DNA of 64,000 nucleotides, from contig JBGARZ010000004.1 of NCBI GenBank assembly GCA_044229975.1, positions 96,001-160,000 on the forward strand, written 5' to 3'. The position numbers were made by a program, and so were the translations under genes. Source of the stretch: Polyangiales bacterium. GTDB taxonomy: Bacteria > Myxococcota_A > Polyangia > Polyangiales > Ga0077539. Shown piece after piece: positions 31,068 to 38,247 of this stretch. The notes beneath the pieces are model-generated. The model worked only from the letters and a program-made list of their open reading frames with translations. It did no database searches and was not told the DNA's origin. How positions within the stretch are numbered: position 1 is the first letter of the stretch; every line of letters begins with the position of its first letter.

Positions 31068-31783
31068 GCCGCCTCCGCCATGCGCGTCCCGAGGAGGCCG
31101 ACGTAGTGGTCGTGCAGCGCGCTCCACGCGGCGCAGATCTCCGTGACGGCCTCGGTGGCCTCGCGGTGGAAGTCCGGGACCTCCTCGGCGTAGCGACGCA
31201 CCAGCGCGAGGCCCGTCGCCGCGTGGTCGTCCTCCGCCTCGGCATGAACGCTGAACCACTCCAGCTCCATCGCCGTGAACGTGTGGTTCGCGCGCAGCCA
31301 GCGGAGCACCCGCAGCACGGCCTCACCGGACTGGCTCTCGATCGCGTGCAGCGCGAGCATGGCGACGGCGGGGTGGCGCGTGCGGCAGATGCCGATGGCG
31401 GTGCGCACCCAGGTCATCACCGGCTGCGAGGCGCCGCCGCGCTCGAAGGCTTCGTCGGCGACGCCGCACGCCTCGGCGAAGCGCCGCATGAGGTCGTAGT
31501 GCGAGGCCGTGCCCGAGGTGATGGCGGTCTCTTCGGCGACGATCTGCTCGACCATGAACTGCCGCACCGGCTCGCAGTCCCAGGCGTTGGCGTGGATGGC
31601 GGTGAACATGGCGTTCTGGAGGAAGACCTGGTGGTACTTCTCCGCGGCCCAGGCGCCGAGGCGCGCGCGGTCGGGGCGGGTCGCGTCGAGGGAGGCCACG
31701 AAGGGGTGGCGGGCGGCGCGGTGCCGCTGGCAGATGTCGTGACAGGCGGTGAGGGTCTCTTCGAGCGTGGGTTCGTGGGTCAT
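31064..31783 (-). CDS. Heme-oxygenase-like diiron enzyme (CADD/PqqC/TenA fold)
   Basis: HPF; EE...SH; AIESQ; WFSVHAEAEDDH ligand pattern. Confidence 0.8.
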   Translation of the reverse strand: MTHEPTLEETLTACHDICQRHRAARHPFVASLDATRPDRARLGAWAAEKYHQVFLQNAMFTAIHANAWDCEPVRQFMVEQIVAEETAITSGTASHYDLMRRFAEACGVADEAFERGGASQPVMTWVRTAIGICRTRHPAVAMLALHAIESQSGEAVLRVLRWLRANHTFTAMELEWFSVHAEAEDDHAATGLALVRRYAEEVPDFHREATEAVTEICAAWSALHDHYVGLLGTRMAEAA

Positions 31784-31818
31784 GGCGTGAGCTCCGTGGG
31801 TGTCGATGGTCATCGGGC

Positions 31819-32556
31819 TCAGGCCGCCGTGGAGAGGCGCGCACGCTCGCTGAAAAACGCCTCGAAGTCGGCGCGAATGCGAGGCCCGTTGACCCCTTCG
31901 CGCTTGAGGGTTCCGTTGGTGAAGTTGAGGATCGTGGTGGCCTTGCGCGCCGGGTTCTCCAGGGCCGCGACGCCGTGGTCGATGGCGCAGTCGACGCCTT
32001 GCACGATGTGTTCGGGCATCTCCTCGAAGCGGAAGATGTTGCCCATCGAGGAGGGGTTGGCCGACGAGCCGACGAAGCACCAGCCCTCGCTGAGCGCGCG
32101 GGAGACGAGGCGCTCGAAGAAGCCGCCGCAGCGCATGAACACCGCGATGGTTCCGCGGGTGACGGCGTGCGAGCGGACCCACGGGTCCATGCGCTGCAAC
32201 ATCGGCGACTCGGCGCGAACGGGGAAGACCGCGGCACAGGTGGAGTAGTTGAGCACGCGCTGGAGCAGGGCCCGCTCCTCGGGCGTGACGATGGCGACCT
32301 CATCGAGCAGGTCCCAGTTGCCGGCGAACACGCAGGGGTTGCTGTCGGGGCGCCCCTTGAGCTCGTACATCTTCTGGATCGCCGCCGAGGAGGTTCCGAG
32401 CAGCCCGTACCCGATGTCGCCCTTCGCGAGGAGGAGGCCGCCGTCGCGGAGGCAGTTGAGCGCGCGGGTCTCCTCGTCGACGGTCCACGCGGGGGCGGGG
32501 ACGAGGCTCAGGCGGCTGCTGCGGGGGGCGGTATCGAGGGTCGGGGTGAGGTTCAT
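31819..32556 (-). CDS. YrdC/Sua5/TsaC-family paralogue 1
   Basis: GGLLL..DIGYGL, ELKGRP..NP, GSSANPS, TTI, REG; AAGGAG RBS. Confidence 0.82.
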   Translation of the reverse strand: MNLTPTLDTAPRSSRLSLVPAPAWTVDEETRALNCLRDGGLLLAKGDIGYGLLGTSSAAIQKMYELKGRPDSNPCVFAGNWDLLDEVAIVTPEERALLQRVLNYSTCAAVFPVRAESPMLQRMDPWVRSHAVTRGTIAVFMRCGGFFERLVSRALSEGWCFVGSSANPSSMGNIFRFEEMPEHIVQGVDCAIDHGVAALENPARKATTILNFTNGTLKREGVNGPRIRADFEAFFSERARLSTAA

Positions 32557-32859
32557 GATCGGGCTCCTTGTTGGGGTGGTGGAGCCTCTTTTTCATTGCT
32601 CATGCCAGGGCCCGAATCGGCTGCGAAACAAGGGTATCCGGTGCTGTGGCGGACGGCGTGTGATGCACGGTGTCGGCTCCAATCGGTGACACGAGGGAGC
32701 CGTGTGTCAGTGGCACTGACCTGGTTGTCTCGTCCAAGGGTTCTGCGGCGCGCACGCACCGCCGTAGAGGGCATGGGCGCCGCGCGCTCGGTTGGGCATC
32801 CCCCTCGTCGCGGGCATTGGGCTACGGTGAGCGCCTCCGTGAAGAAGCTCTGGTCGTCC

Positions 32860-33237
32860 ATGTCCCCGCGGGTTCGTCAGTTGATCGCCGCCGCCGTGCT
32901 GGTGCTGGGCGTCGTGGTGGTGGGCCGCGAGCTCGGTGGTCGTGCCCCGCGTGACGTGACGCTGCGGGCCGACCTCGGCGGGCTCGCGCGGCAGGGCTTC
33001 GTGGCGCGCACGCTGCGCGTCGAGCTGCTCGACGTCGACGGCACGACGCTGCGGCGCATCGAGCGACGGGCCGACCCGGGCGGGGCGCTCGACGTGGTGC
33101 GGGCGCCGCTGTCGCTGCCGACGGGCCGCTGGCGCACGCGGGTGGAGGTCGCGGGCGACGCGCGGGTGCTGAGCCGCGAGGTCACCATCGAGGTCGAGGC
33201 GGGGCACACGGTCGACGTGCCGCTGCCGGAGCTGTAG
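32860..33237 (+). CDS. Membrane-anchored hypothetical protein (start uncertain)
   Basis: N-terminal TM LIAAAVLVLGVVVV followed by a beta-rich domain. Confidence 0.55.
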   Translation: MSPRVRQLIAAAVLVLGVVVVGRELGGRAPRDVTLRADLGGLARQGFVARTLRVELLDVDGTTLRRIERRADPGGALDVVRAPLSLPTGRWRTRVEVAGDARVLSREVTIEVEAGHTVDVPLPEL

Positions 33238-33243
33238 GGGCCG

Positions 33244-33274
33244 CGCTTCGACCCACCGCCAGTGGGTCGAAGCG
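33244..33274. terminator. Hairpin between convergent genes (non-canonical terminator candidate)
   Basis: 13-bp perfect stem CGCTTCGACCCAC/GTGGGTCGAAGCG; no U-tract. Confidence 0.4.
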
Positions 33275-33296
33275 AAAGGCTATGGGCCCGTCGGTG

Positions 33297-33596
33297 CTAC
33301 CGGCAGCGCCCGCCGCGGCACTCCTGGCCAGCCCCGCAGCGCATCCCGCATCGCCCGCAGTGGGCTTCGTCCTCGCGCAGGTCGACGCACTTCCCACCGC
33401 ACCGCACCGTCTCGCGCGGGCACACCCCGCCATCCACCGCCGCGTCCACCGCCGCGTCCACCGCCGCGTCCGCCGCCGCGTCCACCGCCGCGCCCACGTC
33501 CATGCCTGCGTCCGTGCCCGCGTCGGGCGTCCAGTGGCCTTCCTTCAGCTCCGAGCACCCGATCAGCGACACCGCAGCCACCAGCCACCGAGTCAC
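33297..33596 (-). CDS. Small Cys-rich lipoprotein
   Basis: Lipobox LIGC, DAAV repeats, CGGKCVDL..HCGRCG..C. Confidence 0.65.
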   Translation of the reverse strand: MTRWLVAAVSLIGCSELKEGHWTPDAGTDAGMDVGAAVDAAADAAVDAAVDAAVDGGVCPRETVRCGGKCVDLREDEAHCGRCGMRCGAGQECRGGRCR

Positions 33597-33598
33597 CC

Positions 33599-34522
33599 TC
33601 AAAACCACCCCACGCACGCGACGCCCACGGTGCCCGGTCCGGCGCCGCAGGACACCCGCGCGCTCGCCCCGTCGCGCCTCGACGGCGCCGCCACGAACAT
33701 CACCACCGCCGCCACGCCCAGCACCCCGCCCGCGATGAGCCCCGCCATCGACACGTCGCCCAGCGTCCCCGCCAGCTCGCGGTCGTCGCGACACGTCGGC
33801 GTCTCCGCCGCGAGCGGCGCCGACGTCCCCAGGCATCGTCCGTTGTAGCGACCCACCGTCGACTCGTGCAGCGCGAAGGTCACCGCCGCGCCCACCAGCA
33901 GCGCCGCGCCCACGCCGGCGCTCGTCCACGCCAGCGCGCGCAGCGTCCCACCGCGCGCAGTGGGCGTCGTCACCGCGAGCCTCGGCGCGAGCTGCACCGC
34001 CTCGCGCGTCACCCCGGTGGGCCTGACCGTGAGCTCGCGCACCATCGGGTCGTAGCCCGGCGCGCTCACCTCCAACCGCACCGCGCCGCTCGGCACCCGC
34101 ACCGGCGCCGCCATCGGAACCACCCCCACCAACGACCCGTTGATCAGCACCTGCGCGCCCGCCGGTCGACCGCGCACCTCCACCGCGCCGAACTGCCGCT
34201 CGATGGCCGCGAGCAGGCCCCGCAGCGCCGCGCGGTGGCGCTGGATCCACGGGTCACTGGACTCCAGCGCCTCGCGCAGATGGACGTGCGCCTCCACCCA
34301 GCGGCCGAGGGCGTGCTCGGCCATCGCGATCTGCGCGCGCGCCCGCGGGCTGTGCGTCTCCTCCCACGCCTCGCGGAAGATCGTCAGCGCCTCCTCGTCG
34401 CGCCCGGCCTCCCGCAGCGTCACGCCCCGCTCCATCATCGCGTCGATGCGGGACACCTGCGCCGCCGCGGGCGTCGCGAGCGCCATCCACGCCGCCGCGA
34501 TGGTGGCCGCGACGACCTTCAT
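33599..34522 (-). CDS. TPR + PEGA domain protein
   Basis: Signal peptide, TPR, PAGAQVLING..G..P...VSAPGY PEGA, C-terminal hydrophobic segments. Confidence 0.85.
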   Translation of the reverse strand: MKVVAATIAAAWMALATPAAAQVSRIDAMMERGVTLREAGRDEEALTIFREAWEETHSPRARAQIAMAEHALGRWVEAHVHLREALESSDPWIQRHRAALRGLLAAIERQFGAVEVRGRPAGAQVLINGSLVGVVPMAAPVRVPSGAVRLEVSAPGYDPMVRELTVRPTGVTREAVQLAPRLAVTTPTARGGTLRALAWTSAGVGAALLVGAAVTFALHESTVGRYNGRCLGTSAPLAAETPTCRDDRELAGTLGDVSMAGLIAGGVLGVAAVVMFVAAPSRRDGASARVSCGAGPGTVGVACVGWF

Positions 34523-34528
34523 GGTGCT

Positions 34529-35950
34529 TCAGCGCAGGATGAGAACATCACGTCGAGGCGGCCTTCGTGGGGCCGCGCCGACCGGAGCGGTAGTGCGCGC
34601 GACGAGCGGTCGGCGCACGGGCACCGGGCGCGCAACGGCCACCGCGACCGGCGCCGCGACGACGGGCACGGGCGCCTCCACGACGACCGCGGGCGCGGGC
34701 GGCGGTGCGACGACCACCGGGCGAGCGAGCGGGCGGGGTGACGGGGCGGCGGCCGGGGCGCGCGGGACGAGCACCCACGCGGCGGCGACGGACAGCGCGA
34801 CGAGCGCGGCGGCGACCCAGCGGGTGCGATGGGGCGACGCGACGACGGCGGTCGCGGGTGCATCGACCGGGCGGGCGGCGTCGCTGAGCGTCGACGTGAT
34901 GCGCGGGCGCGACGGAGGGACCGTCGGCAACGGCTGGTCGAGGGTGACGGCCCCGCGCGGAGACGTCGTCGCCGCGGGGGGCAGGGGCAGGGGGTGTGAG
35001 GGCACGAACGACCGCAGCGTGTCGCCCGTGGAGTGCGGGGCGAACTCCGAGCGCCAGAGGGAGCGCGCCGCCTCGCTGGCGAAGGGGAGCAGCGCTGCGC
35101 CGAGGGCGTGCACCGAGGGGAAGCGGTGCGCCGGGGTGCGGGCGAGGGCGCGCAGGACGACCTCCTCGAAGCCCGGCGGAATGCCAGGGCGCAGCGATCG
35201 CGGCGGGGGGATGGGCGCCCGCACGATGGCTTCGAGCAGCTCGAAGAGCCCGTCGCACTCGAAGGGGACGCGCCCCGTCACGCCCTCGTAGAGCACCACG
35301 CCGAGGGCGTACTGATCGCTGAGCATGGAGGCGTTGCGGCTGTTGACCGCCTGCTCGGGCGACAGGTAGAGGGGCGTCCCGAGGAGCACGGACCCGCTGG
35401 TGAGGGAGGTGTCCTCGTCGAGGAGCCGGGCCACGCCGAAGTCGAGCACCTTGGGCTTCACCGCGCCGTCGGGGGACGCCGTGAGGAAGACGTTTTCGGG
35501 CTTGAGGTCGCGGTGGATGATGCCCTCGGCGTGGGCGGCCCCGACCGCCGCGATGACCGGGAGCATGAGGTCGGTGAAGCGCTCGATGGGGAGAGCGCCC
35601 TCGCGCTGCATGAGGGCGGAGAGGTCTTCGCCGGCGAGGTACTCCATCGCGAGCCAGGCGACGCCCCCTTCGACGCCGCTGTCGAGGATCTCGACCGCGT
35701 GCGGGTGCTTCACCCTCGACGCCGCCCGTCCCTCGCGCAGGAAGCGCTCGCGCGCGGTGGGCCCGTCGACCCGCGCGTGGAGCACCTTCACCGCGACGCG
35801 CGTGCCCAGGTCGGCGCGCACCGCCTCGAAGACGAGCCCCATGCCCCCGCGGCCGATGCGCCGGACGAGGCGGTACGGCCCGAAGCTCGACCCGATGTCG
35901 AAGCCACCATCGTCCGCCTCGGGGGCGCCGTCGGTCGTGGTCTCGTTCAT
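34529..35950 (-). CDS. Hanks-type Ser/Thr protein kinase, membrane anchored
   Basis: GRGGMG, VAVK, HRDLKPEN, DFG, GTPLYLSPEQ, TM segment. Confidence 0.95.
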   Translation of the reverse strand: MNETTTDGAPEADDGGFDIGSSFGPYRLVRRIGRGGMGLVFEAVRADLGTRVAVKVLHARVDGPTARERFLREGRAASRVKHPHAVEILDSGVEGGVAWLAMEYLAGEDLSALMQREGALPIERFTDLMLPVIAAVGAAHAEGIIHRDLKPENVFLTASPDGAVKPKVLDFGVARLLDEDTSLTSGSVLLGTPLYLSPEQAVNSRNASMLSDQYALGVVLYEGVTGRVPFECDGLFELLEAIVRAPIPPPRSLRPGIPPGFEEVVLRALARTPAHRFPSVHALGAALLPFASEAARSLWRSEFAPHSTGDTLRSFVPSHPLPLPPAATTSPRGAVTLDQPLPTVPPSRPRITSTLSDAARPVDAPATAVVASPHRTRWVAAALVALSVAAAWVLVPRAPAAAPSPRPLARPVVVAPPPAPAVVVEAPVPVVAAPVAVAVARPVPVRRPLVARTTAPVGAAPRRPPRRDVLILR

Positions 35951-36043
35951 GGCCGTTACCGACAACATCGCGAAACCCGCCGCGGCGTCAATGCCACCAC
36001 GGAAGAAACACCTTGTGGGTATACCTCCGGAAATAGCGGCTTT

Positions 36044-36200
36044 CGTGCGTGCCGCGGGTTGAAAACCCACGGCAACGATGGGGATGCTTCGGCATGACCC
36101 GAAGTCCGCGGCGGACTCTCAACAGGAGTCCGTTGCGGATTTCGAATGCCTTGCCCCAAGAGAACATCGTTGCCGTGGGATTCATCCCGCGGCACGGACG
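36044..36200 (+). ncRNA. Putative rod-like structured RNA (~155 nt)
   Basis: Nested stems GTGCCGCGGG/CCCGCGGCAC, CCCACGGCAACGATG/CATCGTTGCCGTGGG and an 18-bp apical stem with three G-U pairs on the plus strand. Confidence 0.45.
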
Positions 36201-36218
36201 GTCGGATGAGATATCGAT

Positions 36219-36292
36219 TGATCGCGGCGGGAGTCGAACCCGCAAGCCCCGGGTTTTGAATCCAGGAGGTCTGCCCATTGCCTCACACGATC
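36219..36292 (-). tRNA. tRNA-Leu(CAA)-like, short variable loop, no encoded CCA
   Basis: Cloverleaf: acceptor GATCGTG/CGCGATC, anticodon loop TTCAAAA, T-loop TTCGACT, A73. Confidence 0.7.
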
Positions 36293-36301
36293 AGAGAGGA
36301 G

Positions 36302-36375
36302 TCCCCACACCCGGAATTGAACCGGGAAGCTCCTGCACCTCAAGCAGGCGAGTCTGCCAATTCCTCTATGCGGGG
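36302..36375 (-). tRNA. tRNA-Leu(GAG)-like, short variable loop, no encoded CCA
   Basis: Acceptor CCCCGCA/TGTGGGG, Leu-type D region GGAATTGGCAGAC, anticodon arm CCTGC-TTGAGGT-GCAGG, T-loop TTCAATT. Confidence 0.8.
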
Positions 36376-36377
36376 GG

Positions 36378-36538
36378 AGAGTGCGTCGAGACCCTCTTCT
36401 CATCGAACTCGCTTCAGATCCACGTCGCCCGGCGGCGTCCGTCCTCCCTTGCGTAGCAGGGGCTACGCGCGGTCGAACGTCCTTGCCGAGCTCGTGTCTC
36501 TTCGCGATTTCGACGAGAAGAGGGCCTCGACGCACTCT
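36378..36538 (-). ncRNA. Putative rod-like structured RNA in tRNA spacer (~160 nt)
   Basis: 35-bp closing stem with two G-U pairs on the minus strand, internal stems, apical GCGTAGC-CCCT-GCTACGC. Confidence 0.5.
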
Positions 36539-36539
36539 A

Positions 36540-36612
36540 TGCCCAGGGAGGGACTCGAACCCTCAAACTCCGGGGTCTGAAGCCGGCGTGTCTACCATTC
36601 CACTACCCGGGC
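36540..36612 (-). tRNA. tRNA-Leu(CAG)-like, short variable loop, no encoded CCA
   Basis: Acceptor GCCCGGG/CCTGGGC, D region GGAATGGTAGAC, loop TTCAGAC, T-arm GAGGG-TTCGAGT-CCCTC. Confidence 0.78.
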
Positions 36613-36651
36613 GGGCGTTGGTCGCCGGGATTGGAGGAGCGTCGCTTCAGG

Positions 36652-36723
36652 TCACAAGCGAACGACCGCCATCCCGGCGCCGGTAAGGCTTGGTGCGCGC
36701 AGGATGTTGGCGGTGGTCGACAT
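36652..36723 (-). CDS. Putative 23-aa leader peptide MSTTANILRAPSLTGAGMAVVRL
   Basis: ATG just downstream of the -10 box; overlaps a hairpin preceding the first tRNA. Confidence 0.35.
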   Translation of the reverse strand: MSTTANILRAPSLTGAGMAVVRL

Positions 36724-36732
36724 GACTCGCGG

Positions 36733-36768
36733 GTTGTACGCGGACTCCCTATTGGCGTCAAGGGAGTC
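36733..36768 (-). promoter_or_regulatory. sigma70-type promoter with overlapping palindromic operator candidate
   Basis: TTGACG-17 nt-TACAAC on the minus strand; GACTCCCT-N10-AGGGAGTC straddling the -35 box. Confidence 0.65.
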
Positions 36769-36828
36769 GGCAATAAAATGTTGATGGGACACTGAAGTGG
36801 TGTGAGCGAGGTCGGATGAAGCCGCCCG

Positions 36829-37236
36829 CTACGCCCGCGCGCGGCGCTTCGGGGGGACGGGGTAGAGCGCTTCGAGCTGCTGGTTCTGGCGGAGGCCGAT
36901 GGCCTCGCGCTGGATGAGCAGGTGCTCACGCCGCAGCAGGGCCTCCTCGCGCTGCGCGTTGAACGACTCCACCAGCGCGGGGTAGTCCGGCGGCAGCGGG
37001 AGCTTCGCCTCGGCCTCGTCGAGCTCGCGGCTGAGCACCTCGCAGCGGAGGAGCGCGACGTTGATGCGGTCCTCGGCGCGGCCGAGGGAGGAGGCCATCT
37101 CCTGGAGCATCTCGTACTCCAGCGACGACTGGCCGGTGGCGATCTGCATCCGCCGCTGGAGCCGGTCGAGGAAGGTGCTGCGGAAGCCCTTCTGTTGGAG
37201 GGACTCGATCATCGGTCGCCAGGTGCTGTCGTCCAT
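36829..37236 (-). CDS. Hypothetical helical protein
   Basis: Coding-like GC3 bias; coiled-coil character, LLIQREAIG. Confidence 0.7.
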   Translation of the reverse strand: MDDSTWRPMIESLQQKGFRSTFLDRLQRRMQIATGQSSLEYEMLQEMASSLGRAEDRINVALLRCEVLSRELDEAEAKLPLPPDYPALVESFNAQREEALLRREHLLIQREAIGLRQNQQLEALYPVPPKRRARA

Positions 37237-37336
37237 CGCACCGCAAAGTCTGGGGTGCGGGGCGCCGCGGGCAAGTGCTCGAACGATCGGGGCGCGCTTG
37301 CGCGCGGAGGCCATCGTCCCTTACACGGGCGCATCC

Positions 37337-38200
37337 ATGCTGGTTACTTCGTCGCAGGCGGTACGGTCTCTGGTGGTGCGGCTCAACAAGGGGGAAGACC
37401 TCGGCGAGTCGCTGGCTTCGCTCATCGGCTCGCAGCGCATCACCGTCGCCACGGTGACGGGCCACGGGGTGTTGGAGGCGGTGATCCTCGACGCCTACGA
37501 CGCGCGGTCGCGGGCCTACTCCGACGCGCGCACCTTCACCGGTCGCCTTGAGCTCATCTCCCTCACCGGGCACCTCTCCACGCGCGAGGGGCACCCCGAC
37601 CTCTACCTGCACGCCGCCGTCGCGCGCGACACCGGCAACGGCGTCGAGGTGCTGGGCGGCCGGCTCATCGAAGCGCAGGTCATCGCCGTCGAGCTCACGC
37701 TCCTGCTCCACGACGACCTCTCTCTCGAACGCTCCCCCGAAGCCACCGGCATCCCCACCTGGCGCGTTGGTTCGGGCTCCGCGCCGGCCCCTGCGCCGCG
37801 GCCCGCGCCCACCATCGCTCCGGCCCCCGTCGTCGACGCCGCCAAGCCCCGGCGCATCCCCGCCTCCGAGCGCGTCGAGACCGCCGCTGCCCCGCGCCGC
37901 CCGACGGCCGCGCCGCCCACGACGCTGGCCGAGGCCGCCCAGCAGCTCCAGGCGATGCCCGCCAAGCAGGAGCGCGCCGTCGACGAGACGGTGCTGCCCG
38001 AGATGTCCGTGGGCGACATCGTCGAGCACCCGACCTTCGGCGACGCCCGCGTGGTCGGCGTGCAGGAAGACCGCTGCGACATCCGCCTCGATCGCAGCGG
38101 GTCGGTGCGCACCATCATGCTCGACTACCTCGACGTGACGCCGCTCCCCGACCGCGACGGAACGCGGGCCTGGCGCCTCAACCCCCGCAAGCCCCGCTGA
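37337..38200 (+). CDS. PPC/DUF296 domain protein with Pro/Ala linker and small C-terminal domain
   Basis: RLNKGEDL, ELISLTG, LHAAV, GGRL. Confidence 0.82.
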   Translation: MLVTSSQAVRSLVVRLNKGEDLGESLASLIGSQRITVATVTGHGVLEAVILDAYDARSRAYSDARTFTGRLELISLTGHLSTREGHPDLYLHAAVARDTGNGVEVLGGRLIEAQVIAVELTLLLHDDLSLERSPEATGIPTWRVGSGSAPAPAPRPAPTIAPAPVVDAAKPRRIPASERVETAAAPRRPTAAPPTTLAEAAQQLQAMPAKQERAVDETVLPEMSVGDIVEHPTFGDARVVGVQEDRCDIRLDRSGSVRTIMLDYLDVTPLPDRDGTRAWRLNPRKPR

Positions 38201-38247
38201 CGGGTTCGTTGATCGGGCGCACCGAACCGTGATTGCCTCCGCGGTCG

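Noticed and set aside
36219..36292. Reading the tRNA as anticodon TCA (Sec/opal suppressor)
   Set aside because: Stem register places CAA at 34-36; no long acceptor or variable arm as in tRNA-Sec
36219..36612. tRNA cluster as a prophage or island integration site
   Set aside because: No integrase, phage genes or duplicated tRNA 3' end seen in the window
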